Made by a program: the position numbers and the translations under genes. Below the pieces are notes generated by a model. The model searched no databases. It saw only the letters and a program-made list of their open reading frames with translations, and was not told the origin of the DNA. This document shows positions 25,290 through 38,794 of a stretch of 64,000 bases of DNA, in pieces; position 1 is the first letter of the stretch; each line of letters begins with the position of its first letter. Origin of the DNA: Octopus sinensis (Eukaryota). The stretch covers positions 124,001-188,000 of the forward strand of contig NW_021830031.1 in NCBI RefSeq assembly GCF_006345805.1. The letters are read 5' to 3'.

Positions 25290-25645
25290 GTCATCGCCTG
25301 AATCTCTGACCCCTCCCTTCGGTGCTTCTTAGGGTGGTTCGGTCATGTGGCCCGGTGTCCAGAGGGTGAGCTGGTTCATGGTGTCCTCCTCCCACCTCCA
25401 CTTCCCAGCCGGCACAACGCACGGGCGGGCAGCTGAAGACCTGGGCAATGACAATAAAAGAGGACCTCTCTGAACTATCAGGTCCGCAGGTGGTCGGTCT
25501 GCGCAGATGGAACCGCGAATGGCTCACTATCTCCAGTGACCTCGCACAGGACTGTTGAGCATGGTTCGTTATGTCACCAGGACCAGAGAAGAAGCCGGCT
25601 CAACCCACCCTGGTTGAACACTGTCACAAGTACAAGTAAGTAAGT
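25290..25645 (+). mobile_element. 3' end of an RTE-clade (RTE-X-like) LINE
   Basis: Degenerate frame LRWFGHVARCPEGELVHGVLLPPP...GQLKTWAMTIKEDL...WNREWLTISSDLAQD; tail CAAGTACAAGTAAGTAAG. Confidence 0.8.
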
Positions 25646-25859
25646 GTCAAATTTTAGTGCAAAGCCAGCAGTTTAAGGACAGGCAGCATAAGTTGGTTGC
25701 ATTGACCTCAGTGCTCAACTGGTAGTTATTTTATCGACCCTGAAGGATGGAAGGCCAAGTCAACCCACTGTGGGATTTGAACACGGATTGTAAAGACAGC
25801 CAAGATGCTGCTAAGCATTTTCCCAGTATGCTACACTTCTGCCAGCATCACACTATAAT

Positions 25860-26260
25860 ATTCTTTTATTGGTGTCAGTCATTTGACTGTGGCCATGCTG
25901 GAGCACTGCCTTTAGTCAACCAAATCAACCCCGGGACTTATTCTTTGTAAGCCTAGTACTTATTCTATCAGTCCCTTTTGCCGAACCACTAAGTTACAAG
26001 GATGTAAACACACCCACATCGGTTGTCTAGCGATGGTTGGGGGACAAACACAGACACACAAACATATACACATATATATATACATATATATATATATAAC
26101 AGGCTTTTTTCAGTTTCCGTCAACCAAATCCACTCACAAGGCCTTGGTCAGCCCAAGGCTATAGTAGAAGACACTTGGCCCAGGAGCCACGCAGTGGGAC
26201 TGAACCTGGGACTATGTGGCTGGTAAGCAAGCTACTTATCACACAGCGACTCCTTCACCT
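25860..26260 (-). mobile_element. SINE A, full length
   Basis: Reverse complement of the family A consensus. Confidence 0.85.
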
Positions 26261-27756
26261 ATACATAAATATCAATGTTCATTTTATGTTAAAATCCTTT
26301 CTACTAAAGGCACAAGGCCTGAAATTTTGGAGGAGGGGTAAGTCACTGATATCGACCCCAAAAAGATGAAAGGCAAAGTTGACCTTGGTGGAGTTTGAAC
26401 TCAGAACATTGAGGCAGACAAGACGCCACTAAGCAATTTTCCCAGTGTATGTTTCTGCCAGCTTGACCCCTTAACATATACATGCATATCAATGTATGTT
26501 TTTATGTAATAACTAGCAATGCACCCCGGCGTTGCCTAAGTGTTATGACCTACAGCCATATTGTATTATTTGCTCCTTTCTTATGAGCAGAATCAGCACA
26601 CGAGGAGTATGAAGCAAACAACTCTTCTTTATAAACATGATTTTCAATCATTTTCTGATGAACAACGCTGCAGTTTCCATCTACCAAATCCAGTTACAAT
26701 TCTGTGGTTGGCCTAGGGCTATAATAGAAAAAACCTGCCTAAGGTACCATGCAGAGGGATTGAACATGGAACCATATGGCTGGGAGGCAAACTTCTCAAC
26801 CACACAGTCATTCTTGCACCTAATATGTGTGAGTGTGTGTGTTTACATTTGTTGTTAAATCGAGTATTGTGTCCCACTATGTCTCAAAGTTAGCAGTTCA
26901 TCAAGCAGAGATCTATAAAATAAATGCCAAATTGAAATACGAATTGAGGTCAGTATGATCAACTAAATACATGAAGGGGACACCCTATAATGGCAGTAGT
27001 CGAAAGCCTAAACCCAATAAAATAATGTCTAAAGACTTAATGGCTTCAAATTTAAGGTAATGGGTTACTAACCACAGGATAATGAGTTCAAGACTTCGTA
27101 TTGAACTTCCACTCTAAACGATAACACTATATGTACATCTCAGTCTACTTGACTTCCAACAATTAACGATTGTAATTTGAAGTTGATTGGTTGGCAGTAA
27201 GAAACATGTCCAGATTTCTTTAAAAATTTTGTGAAAAATATTGAGAAAAAGCATTTTTTTACCACAACAAAACGCACACACACAGAGGTGTCTCTGTGGT
27301 AACTTGAGCTACTACAACTAGCAGCTAAATCTCTGTCAAAGCACACCCTTTCATCGAAAGAAAGACACAGATTTACAATATTTCAGGAAGCAAAAACAAG
27401 TATGCAAAGGGGTCTGCTACATCAGAAGCATCTCTGGGCTAAACAAAACACAGACAAACATACTTCACATTAAAAGATTATCTATTGAATAATACTAAAG
27501 TTGACAGAATATCTTCGAAGTTTCATTCCCTGCTCAAACTCCATGTATTTTAAACATTTTCTTATTAATCTCTCATACATAAAGTTTGTTGAGGCAGAGT
27601 TGCCTCCCTTAGCTAAAGGCCTCAAAATTGTTTTCGAGGTGATTTTTGTAGTAAAAAAGTTGTTGTGCGAAAAACATGCTTTATTTGGTAGCCAGCCGAA
27701 TGACTACTGAATGTTCTGTTACTTCATACGTCAAAATTGGCAATTCAATTTTCAAA

Positions 27757-27966
27757 TTTGAAGGCTACCTCCATGCAATTCAAAAACAAAAGATCTCCAC
27801 CGCCAACATCCTACAGGATAAGAGGCAGAAAGCTTTCACAGACAGCAATGTAGGTTGTGCAAGACCAAGCTTGAAGACATCAACCACATTATTACCAGCT
27901 GCAAGAGAATGTCTTCCAGATAGCATCTTCCTACAAGGCATGGTGCAGTGGCCAGAACAGTCTGAA
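27757..27966 (+). mobile_element. R4/Dong-like retrotransposon internal fragment (CCHC zinc-knuckle region)
   Basis: Frameshifted FEGYLHAIQ.Q.IST... and C...KLEDINHIITSCKRMSSR..LPTRHGAVART; matches the EGF..AIQDQ / CRxC...HI..C...RH pattern. Confidence 0.7.
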
Positions 27967-29601
27967 TAGGATAACAAAAAGGAAAACACCCACAGATAAA
28001 ATTGACTATATTGCTTTCCTTCACAAGAGTGGCCGATAGAATAAGTACTAAGCTTACAAGGAGTGAGTCCCGGGATCAATTTGCTCAACTGAGGGCGGTG
28101 TTCCAGCATGGCCACAGTCAAATCACTGAAAGAAGTAAAAGAGTAAAAGAGAGTAAAAGTGTATGTAGTCCCACTGCGTGGCATCTTGGGCAAGTGTCTT
28201 CTACTATAGCCCCGGGCCGACCAATGCCTTGTGAGTGGATTTGGTAGACGGAAACTGAAAGAAGCCTGTCGTATATATGTATATATATGTGTGTGTGTGT
28301 GTGTGATTGTGTGTCTGTGTTTGTCCCCTGACAACCGATGCTGGTGTGTTTACGTCCCCGTCACTTAGCGGTTTGGCAAAAGAGACCAATAGAATAAGTA
28401 CTGGGCTTACAAAGAATAAGTCCCGGGATCGATTTGCTCGACTAAAGGAGGTGCTCCAGCATGGCCGCAGTCAAATGACTGAAACAAGTAAAAGAGTAAA
28501 AGTGTATGTATGTATGCATGTATACATGTATGTATGTATGCATGTATGTATGTGAAGGTGCATGGCTCAGTGGTTAGAGTGTTTTTTATTCTTTTACTTG
28601 TTTCAGTCATTTGATTGCGGCCGTGCTGGAGCACCAACTTAAGTTTCACATGGCAGAATCATTAGCACGCCGGGCGAAATGCTTTGCAGTATTTCGTTTG
28701 CCGTTACGTTGTCAGTTCAAATTCCGCCGAGGTCGACTTTACCTTTCATCCTTTCGGGGTCGATAAATTAAGTACCAGTTATGCACTGGGGTCAATGTAA
28801 TTGACTTAATACCTATGTCTGTCCTTGTTTGTCCCCTCTATGTTTAGCCCCTTGTGGGTAATAAAGAAATAGGTATGAAACTGAAAGTGTATCTTCAATT
28901 CTAGATTTGCAAACTCCTTATCAGTGGTCCATGGAAGTTCTCTGTCTCTTGTATGTTTTTAACAACCACAATGGTGTCCAGAGGGCAGCTGATTTCCACA
29001 TCATCATCATCATCGTTTAATGTCTGCTTTCCATGCTGGCATGGGTTGGATGGTTTGACTGAGGACTGGGAAGCCAGAGGCTGCACCAGGCTCAATCTGA
29101 TCTGGCTAAGTTTCTACAGCTGGATGCCCTTCCCAACGCCAACCACTCCGAGAGTGTAGTGGGTGCTTTTACGTGAGACCGGCACGAGGGCCAGTCAGGC
29201 GATTCTGGCAATGACCACGCTCAAAAGGTATTTTTTATGTGCTACCTGCATGGGAGCCAGTCCAGCAGCACTGGCAATGACCTTGCTTGAATGCTGTTTT
29301 TCACATGCCTCCAGCACATGTGCCAGTAGGGTGACTCTGGCAACGATCACACTCAAATGGTGCTTTTCACATGCTACCGGCATGGGAGCCAATCCGTGGC
29401 CCTGGCAACAATCACAATGGAACATAATTTATATTAGTGATTCCGCACGACAATATCTGGCTGGTTATGTTTTAACTTGGTGGCTGCTTTAATTCTTCAG
29501 TTCCACTAATATTCTTTTGACCTCTCAGTCTCAATGGGCGTTGTGTCTGGTCTTTAATAATAAATTGAATTTTTCCCAGTAAGTTTGGAGTTATACTCCC
29601 T

Positions 29602-29682
<81 letters not shown>

Positions 29683-30100
29683 CAGGGTGGTTCAAAAGTA
29701 GGTTTACAGTTATTCAATTGTCTCTTTTGCATTCATATATTAACAGTTTGGATCTTAATTTATTTACATTATTTACATTTGATGGATATTTGTCCTCATC
29801 TTGTTTGTTGATAACACGTTTCGGCTGATATACTCTCCAGAGGTATATCAGCTGAAGCGTTGTGTTAAGAACAAACAACATACAAGATGAGGACAAATAT
29901 CCATCAAACGTAAATAATTCCTCATCTCTTAAATATAGAACTGTATTAGATCTTGATTATAAAAAAACTATGAAACCATTATTCTATGCTAATTTAGTTA
30001 ATTTTGTCAAGTTCCCTTTTCAGTTTGTAAGATAGAAATTTAAATGTAATAAAATGTTTTAAAAGAAATTTGAAGTGCCTATGTGATAACTGTAAACTTC
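29683..30100. mobile_element. Decayed Tc1/mariner-type MITE (left TIR intact) containing a hairpin insert
   Basis: TA-CAGGGTGGTTCAAAAGTAGGTTTACAGTTATT; partial complement ATAACTGTAAAC near 30088; the right terminus is missing. Confidence 0.45.
29768..29918. mobile_element. 150-nt fold-back, probably a Penelope-like element terminal remnant
   Basis: ATTATTTACATTTGATGGATATTTGTCCTCATCTTGT pairs with ACAAGATGAGGACAAATATCCATCAAACGTAAATAAT; inner stem GCTGATATAC/GTATATCAGC; ACGTTTCGG motif as in PLE termini. Confidence 0.6.
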
Positions 30101-31014
30101 CTTATATAGTGATATGTAAATGTAAGATCCAAGGATCAAGGTGTAGGAAGTTAATAAGTTTCAAACAGTGCATAGAAGGTATAAAAAAACAACTTTCAGG
30201 TAATAATAATAGTTCATTGATGTAGAAGGTTGTAAATTTTCCCCATATCAAAGTTTGATGAGTTGAAAAAAGTTATTTTATAATTCACAGCAATTGGGGT
30301 TGCTGTTCAAGTGAATAAAAATCCAAATTTAGGGAATGGAGCAGGTAAAAACTGGGCTACATATGTCTCCTCGCTAGCAGAACCTCAGAAGCAGTAATTA
30401 CCGAAAAGAGGAGTAATCCACTAGCTACTCCCCAGGCCAAAGATACCTTAGTGAAATGAAGGTCACATTGGATGTCGTTAGGAAGGGCATCCAGCTGTAG
30501 AAACTCTGCCAGATCAGACTGGAGCCTGGTGCAGCCCCTGGCTTCCCAGACCCCGGTCGAACCGTCCAACCCATGCTAGCGCGGAAAACGGACGTTAAAC
30601 GATGATGATGATGATGATGATTGCTGCCAAGAAATCCTGTGTTGATTACAGGAGGTTTGATGGAAAATGTGTGGAAAGCACAGAGTGAGGGAACGAAAGG
30701 GAAAACATATTTGTGAAGAATATATGGGAGTGGGTAGATGTCCAAATTTGTTAAGGAAAAGAATAAGAATATAAATAAATAAAGAAAAGGTGAGGAGGAA
30801 AAGTGAGGGAGAAATTTGGTATTATTGAAGGTGGTGAGGGAAATGTCTTTGTGAATTTAGGCTGGGGTCATTTACTGGGTCAACTGTAGAATAAATAGAT
30901 AAATATACTGTGGAACCCTGAAAATACACGGCCAAGGGATAGGAAGGAAGAAAGGAACTTCAGAATTTGACAGAGAGCGAGAAAGAGAGAGAGAGAGAGA
31001 GATATTTTTTTTTA

Positions 31015-31222
31015 AATTTTAGGCACAAGGCCCGAAATTTTGGCGGGGGAGGAAGCCAGTCGATTAGATCGACCCCGGTACACAACTGGTATTTAATTTA
31101 TCGACCCCGGAAGGATGAAAGGCAAAGTCGACCTCGGCGGAATTTGAACTCAGAACGTAAAGACAGACGAAATGCCGCTAAGCATTTCGCCCGGCGTGCT
31201 AACGTTTCTGCCAGCTCACCAG
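31015..31222 (-). mobile_element. SINE B, full length (AGGCACAAGGCCCGAAATT tail variant)
   Basis: Reverse complement of the family B head and body. Confidence 0.85.
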
Positions 31223-31814
31223 CTTTCAGACAGATGCCAGCACTTGGTTAGTTCTCATTTTCAACTGAGTAGACTGAAGCAACATGAAATGAAGTGCCTT
31301 GCTCAAGAGCAGAACACGTCACCTGATCTAGGAATCGTATCTGTGACTCAGGATCATGAACCTAACATCCCTAACGTCTAAACAAGTCTTCACACTCATG
31401 GATATACGTATATTTGTTTGGCCATTACTTTTTTTGTACTTTAGTACACTAAACATGCACTAAATACACAGCTCACTATTAGTTATTGGTAAATTGTTGA
31501 TGAGTAACCGTGTGTATTGTTGTATTTTGGTTGGGTCATTCTGCCGATAACGACGTGAAAGAGTGATAATGAGAGAAAGAGAAAGAAAGGAAGAATGAGA
31601 CAGCAGACGAGAGGGAAAGCAAAACAGAGGCAGAAAAAGAAATAAATGCGAGACAGAGAGAATAAGACAGGAATGATTAGCAGAACGGAAAGAATGAATA
31701 AAAAAAAAAAGAAGAAAAACGTAATGAAAATGAGAGGGAGAGGATGTGATAGAGAAGAAGTGAAAGAGAATAAATGACAAAACAAAATAAAGATAAAGAA
31801 TTAGACAGAGAGAT

Positions 31815-33447
31815 GATAACAAATGGGAGAAAGATGGTTAATAAATGGATAACAAATGGAAGAAAGATGGTTAATAAATGGATAACAAATGGAAGAAAGA
31901 TGGTTAATAAATGGATAACAAATGGAAGAAAGATGGTTAATAAATGAATAACAAATGGTTGAAGATGGTTAATACATGAATAACAAATGGAAGAAAGATG
32001 GTAATAAATGAATAACAAATGGAAGAAAGATGGTAATAAAGGATAACAAATGGAAGAATATGGGTAATAAATGAATAACAAAGGAAGAAAATGGTTAATA
32101 AATGAATAACAATGGAAGAAAGATGGTTAATAAATGGATAACAATGGAAGAAAGATGGTATAAATGGATAACAAATGGAAGAAAGATGGTTAATAAATGG
32201 AAACAAATGGTAGAAAGATGGTTAATAAATGAATAACATAAGAAGAAAGATGGTTAATAAATGAATAACAAATGGAGAAAGATGGTTAATAAATGAAAAC
32301 AAATGGAAGAAAGATGGTTAATAAATGGATAACAAATGGAAGAAAGATGGTTAATAAAGAATAACAAATGGTAGAAGATGGTTAATAAATGGATAACAAA
32401 TGGAGAAGAAAGAAGATGGTTAATAATGGATACAAATGGAAGAAAGATGGTTAATAAATGAATAACAAATGAAGAAAGATGGTTAATAAATGGATAACAA
32501 ATGGAAGAAAGATGGTAATAAATGGATAACAAATGGTAGAAAGAACGATGTTAATAAATGATAACAAATGGAAGAAAGATGGTTAATAAATGAATAACAA
32601 ATGGAAGAAAGAAAGATGGTTAATAAATGGATAACAAATGGAAGAAAGATGGTTAATAAATGAATAACAAATGGAAGAAAGATGGTTAATAAATGAATAA
32701 CAAATGGAAGAAAGATGGTTAATAAATGGATAACAAATGGAAGAAAGATGGTTAAAATGGATAACAAATGGAAGAAAGATGGTTAATAAATGGATAACAA
32801 ATGGTAAAAGATGGTTAATAAATGAATAACAAATGGAAGAGAAAGATGGTTAATAAATGAATAACAAATGAAGAAAGATGGTTAATAATGAATAACAAAT
32901 GGAAGAAAGAGGTAATAATGATAAAAAAAAGAACCAAAAAAAGATGGTTAATAAAAAATGAAAACAAATGGTAGAAAGATGGTAATAAATGGATAACAAA
33001 TGGAAGAAAGATGGTTAATAAATGGATAACAAATGGAAGAAAGATGGTTAATAAATGAATAACAAATGGAAGAAAGATGGTTAATAAATGGATAACAAAT
33101 GGTAGAAAGATGGTTAATAAATGGATAACAAATGGAAGAAAGATGGTTAATAAATGGATAACAAATGGAAGAAAGATGGTTAATAAATGGATGACAAATG
33201 GAAGAAAGATGGTTAATAAATGGATAACAAATGGAAGAAAGATGGTTAATAAATGGATAACAAATGGAAGAAAGATGGTTAATAAATGAATAACAAATGG
33301 TAGAAAGATGGTTAATAAATGGATAACAAATGGAAGAAAGATGGTTAATAAATGGATAACAAATGGTAGAAAGATGGTTAATAAATGAATAACAAATGGT
33401 AGAAAGATGGTTAATAAATGGATAACAAATGGAAGAAAGATGGTTAA
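31815..33447. repeat. 33-bp minisatellite, about 49 copies
   Basis: Unit AAATGGATAACAAATGGAAGAAAGATGGTTAAT; the central kilobase is rich in single-base indels. Confidence 0.97.
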
Positions 33448-34038
33448 GAGAAAGATAGAGAGGAAAAAGTAAGAGAAAAATAAGGAAATATTAGTGATAT
33501 GAATGAGAAAGAACTGTCGGCTGCAATAAGTAACGTGGTTGAGTTAGTTCAACCGAGAAGAAACTCTGTATCGTCTGATTTTTTTACGTTCATTATTGAT
33601 ATTGATATTATCATTAATATAATGACTATTATTATTTTTAATATTAATATTATTGCTATTATTAAAAAAATATTATTATTTACTTTTGACAATATTAATT
33701 TTTTTTTTGCCGACTTCTTTAATTTCTACATCCGGTTGTACTCTTACTATAAAATCCGCATTTAATGTAATATCCTTTTTTGATTAGCCAAACAGTTTTG
33801 TAAGGTAGCAAGGAGGGTGGGGATTTACATAACACTGACACTTACATGGATATATATACATAAGCATATACAAATATTAAATATATGCAAGGAGAAAAAG
33901 AACAGAATATGATTTATTTTATTACTTAATAAATTTAAAAAATATTAATTTAAACAATATTTCCAATTTTGTTTTCAACCTCTACGTGCCGTTATAGTTG
34001 TGATTATTATTCACCAATGAGAATGCACGAAAATCTCA

Positions 34039-34064
34039 GGGAAATTCCCCTACATTCCCGCCAA
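34039..34064. promoter_or_regulatory. Candidate CHAF1A promoter motifs: kB-like GGGAAATTCCCC and E2F-type TTCCCGCCAA
   Basis: Exact motifs at 34039-34050 and 34055-34064, about 270-290 bp upstream of the ATG; CHAF1A is an established E2F target in mammals. Confidence 0.5.
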
Positions 34065-34332
34065 CTTATGAAAAGTAGCTTTGTAAGTCCTTCATAGAAG
34101 TTTCGGAAGTCTACGTATTTTCTTGATGTCGTCCTCAAAATACAAACACATGAATTATTTTTAAGTGTGGAAAACCGAAGCGAAGAATAACGAAGGGGGA
34201 AATCAAGATCTATAGGAATTTTCCGAAATTTTGTTTTTATTTAAATACAGATTGCAGTATCGCCAGTTTGTCTTGTAACTTTCGACTTGCATAAATATAT
34301 TTAAGGTGTTTGGCAGAGAAAGGAAAGACAAA

Positions 34333-34438
34333 ATGGGTGATAATTGTTTGGAAGTTTTTGTGGCGCCGACTGATATTACCACCAACAATAACAGTAGCAC
34401 TGATGCCGACATCACAATCATCGCCGACAACATGACAG
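34333..34438 (+). CDS. CHAF1A: CHAF1A coding exon 1 (MGDNCLEVFVAPTDITTNNNSSTDADITIIADNMT)
   Basis: AAAATGG Kozak context, open 35 codons + G, donor ACAG|GTGAGC; phase 1 matches exon 2; lies downstream of E2F-type motif. Weakest exon because it has no conserved motif. Confidence 0.72.
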
Positions 34439-37400
34439 GTGAGCGACCGTCTTTTAGAGAGAGAGAGAAAGAGTAAAAGTCAGTGAGTGAGGGGTGAAGG
34501 TTCCTTCGAAGGGGAGGCAGTGAGCAATATTGTGATTGAGAGAGAGTGAGGGGCAGAGTTGCATTGCCGAATCATGAGGGTGGGAGTTAATGTGAGGAAG
34601 ATAGCCAGAGAGAATGTATGAGAGGGTGATTTTGATTTTTATGTAAAAGTGAAAGAGTGATTAAAACGGGTGAAATTAGATAGATACATAAATGTGAGAG
34701 AAAGTTAATTGACAAAATTTAAGCTTTAACCTCAACATGGCAGCATCTGAAGTTTAAAAAATCCCCAAATTTTGTTTCTTTCCATGAAATCTCAGCTTTT
34801 TTCTTTTTAGATTTTATTAGAATAGGAAGAGGTAAGATTTCTCATAAGTTTTGTCAAAACCAAACTTCTGGTAGAAAATTATTATTCCTCTTTAATTTTA
34901 TAAAATTACTTTTATTAAGAAATGGCCATAATCTTGGTTTTGAGGGAGACTTTACAAATTTTGTTTCTTTTTATAATAGAAAACGTGGACATGAACGTGT
35001 CCAAGAACTCCCGTTTTCATTGAAGCAACAGTGCTACTCCTGTTTAAATTAAGCTGCTAATATTTTCTTAGAGAAAAGCATGAACATCACAACATCATTT
35101 CTACCATTTCAATCTGAAATTTTGTATTTCAACAGGAATAGTTTTTTGTTTTTTTTACAGATATTTATATTGGAAAATGTTAGAGATAATAATAATAATT
35201 ATTATTTATATTGGAAAATGCTTATGTTTAACTTCTTTTTCATTTTCTTTCGCGGTTTATTTTTGCCGCGAACAAATCTCAGCATGAACATCACTACTTC
35301 CTGATTTCATTCATTCATTCATCTCTCCCATCGTTATATTTTTTAATAACTTTGATAAATTTAATTTCTTGCAATTGTTTATTTTTGTTATAGCTTCCTT
35401 GTTCAAATAAAGTATCGGGGGGATGTATTTCAAATAATAATAATGATAATTAATATAGGTACAAAGCCTGAAATAGTATGGGAGGGGGCTAGTCGATCAT
35501 ATCGATCTTAGTTCTCAGTTGATAACTTAGCTTATCGAACTGCGAAAAGATGAGATGTAAAGTCGACCTCAAGAGGATCAGAACTCGGAACGTAAAGTAA
35601 TAATAATGTCATTATTTGCCTCAAGTTAAGTAATTAACGAAGGAGGGAAAAAAATCGTTTAAGAGTGTTTCATGGTTAGTTCCTAATTATAACTGTTTTG
35701 GTAACAATAATACTGATAATAATGACTTTTTGGAAAGTTGAAAAGTTCACCGTGTCACATCGAAACGACATTAATCAGCATCATTATTATTATTAATAAT
35801 AATAACCATTTCTTCTTACATAGGCTCAGAGGCGGTCGAAAATATATATCGGACCTTAGCATCTGACTGGTATATTTATTTATTTTAAAGATCCTGGATG
35901 GGAACGGAATTATCACGACGAACTTTAATATTCTTGGACAAAGAATCCCACTGCCCTCAATAATAATAATAATAGAGGTTCCATTATTTGCCATAAGGGT
36001 ATGGGATGAGGTAACATTACAAGGATTAATGACGGAAGTTTTAAAAAATTATCTAAGTCTGGCGTCCATGCTGCTTTTAATTATGATAATAGAACCACTA
36101 ATGGACATTATTGATGTGTTAAGTAGAAGCCGCTTATTGTGATCACTCGGAGACTAGTTTTTTCCCCGATAATAATCAGTTTCATAACGTCTGTGATTAC
36201 ATATGTTTGTTTTTATATATGTATGTATATGTGTGTGTATCTATATTTATATATATGTATATAATGCTGTGTGTGTGAGGAAACTGGTGGGGCACACTTC
36301 TGTCCAATTAAAAAATAAAGGACTGATTGGATGATGTCCCCTATATATATACCCTCCCCATACAAATTATAAAGACGGAATGGTCACGGATGGAATGTTT
36401 TTTGTTATAAGTTGTATTTCCGTATTTTTTTCACTCCAGACTGACCGTGGAACTAAGTTCGTCAAAAACTTATAAAATAAAAAGAAAACGTCTTAAAAAG
36501 TTGAATGTCAGAATAATTTTCTAAAAGTTTTTTAAAAGTTTAAGAGTCCAAAATTGCGCCATCGCCAAGACGAACGAGCGAAGGATCCGTTCTCTATATG
36601 ATCTTTCGGTTTGCTAGAAATAGCTGTCAAATCTGCTAGTGATTCTCAATTATGAAGGTGACATCCAGTTACTTGGAAATAAATAAAATAAAAGATGAAA
36701 AAAAAAACTAGCGCATTTTCGATAATGTAGTCCACTGCTTAATTAAAAAAAAACACAAAACAAATATGTTAGATTGTCTTGGTTGAATTAACTTCAGATT
36801 TTGAAAAAATAAATTATGCGATGTTGGTGCGCCCACCAATTTTTTATTTTTATGTTTTCAGATTAAATTCCAATGTAATCGTAATCTATGCCATCTAAAA
36901 GGTTCTTGTACAAAATTTCATTGAAACATATCCATTTTTCTGAAAGTTATGAGGGAACAAAGTCGGCGTGTGATGATGGTTAGGGCGCACTTGTGTATAT
37001 ATACACGCCAAGCCATTATGATCATAGATCCATTTCCATCTAGTTTAACCTGGTGTTAAACGACATCAACATCAATTTTCGTCCATAAAAGCAAATAGAA
37101 TTGAACGATCTGGGTCTCAAGCTCTAAAGGGACCCCCTCCTCTTGTCCTACTTAAAGATAATTTTATAACCCCTTAGTTATCCATTTTGCCTCTACTCCT
37201 ACAAGCGGTGTTACTGTTATTTTAACCCTAGGCCTTAGGTCAAACTTTATTTAGCAGATATATGATCGCAAGTTTTTTCCACCGTGACCATCACATTTTT
37301 TTTTTAGTATATTCAGCAACATTCCATTACACGATGTGTTCCCCGCTTCTTGTTTTTTTAAGGTGGTACTATCTGATTTTAAGGGGATTTGGCTGCTATT

Positions 37401-38143
37401 TCTAGAACTTCGAACGATCGTGTAGAGGCGTCCCCGTCGCCCTGCATCTGATTGTGTTAATGTCGGTGAGGGTGTATATATTATCTATATATTTTCCCTC
37501 CTTTTTAGTAAAGCTCCCTCTCTCTCTCTCTCTCTCCCCCCCTCGATGTGTGTCGTATGCGTGTGTATATATATGTATGTGTATACATTCGTTTGTATGT
37601 GTGTGTGTGAAAATATGTACATGCCATAAAAAGTATATTCGCGTGTATCAATGAAATTATATACGCATGCACAGATTAATTTTGTAGATAACCTGTGTAT
37701 GAATACGTGTATATATAGACATGGTTTACGTGTGAATGTATATGTGTACGTATATATGTATGTGCATATATGCATGTATATGTGTATATGTATACGTCGA
37801 TATATAGGTGTATGTGTGTATATGTATATTTTTATAAGTGTGCATATGTATGTGTGTGTATATATATGTATATATTTTTGTATACGTATTTATGTGTGTG
37901 TGTATATATTTGTATGTATATAAGCTCTAACTAGTTTCAGCTCGAAAGCCACGGTCATGCTGGGACACCATCGTTATGTTTATATTTGTGTATATAAGTA
38001 TGTATATATGTGTTGAGTTTGATTTGAGAACATAATCTTTTGTGGAGAATGGCGATTTGACGTCTATATCTAGCATGTTGACTGTCCACTTTTTCGTGTT
38101 CAGTCCTTAATTGGTATATATATATATATATAATATATATATA

Positions 38144-38185
<42 letters not shown>

Positions 38186-38794
38186 GTCTTCAAGTAATTA
38201 TATGTACGTGTGTCTGTGTGTGCATGCAGCATTGTGCCAAATAGTTAAGCAGTTCACTTCACTGTCGTGTGGTCCTGGTTTCAATCCTACTATGTGGCAT
38301 CTTGATTCAGTTGGGTTTTTTTTTTGCATTTTTTCTTGTTTTTTTATCAAAGATTTATTTTGATCCTACCCTCCTTAGTAAAACTAGGAATATGGAAACT
38401 GTACCGAAGCCTATCGGTTTGATTATGCCTGTCACACACTCCAACACTGCTTCAGGACTACATTAAGTATAAACATGACTGTCGAATACACAACCACTTA
38501 ATATGAGTAGGCAATGTTATAATTGGTCTGTCCATTGATAACTCATTGTTGAAATCGATGGAGGGCCATATATGTAATTATAGATGTAGGTATAGTTGTA
38601 TGGTTAGGGTTTGCTTCCCAACCACATGGTTTGGGGTTCAGTTCTAGTATGTGGCACTTTGGATAAGTCTCTGTTACTGTAGCCATGGACTGACTAAGGC
38701 ATTGTGCATGAATTTGATAGATAAATTGTATAAAGCTGTTTGTGTGTATGTGTATATAACACACACACACACACACACACACACTCATATATAA

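Noticed and set aside
33077-33289. ORF (MVNKWITNGRK)n
   Set aside because: Translation of the 33-bp minisatellite.
34203-34433. Minus-strand ORF resembling a signal peptide
   Set aside because: It is antisense to CHAF1A exon 1; the hydrophobicity follows from the ACC/AAC/ATC codons on the sense strand.
35077-35296. Direct repeat AGCATGAACATCAC about 204 bp apart
   Set aside because: Only 14 bp, with no TIRs or other element structure between the copies.
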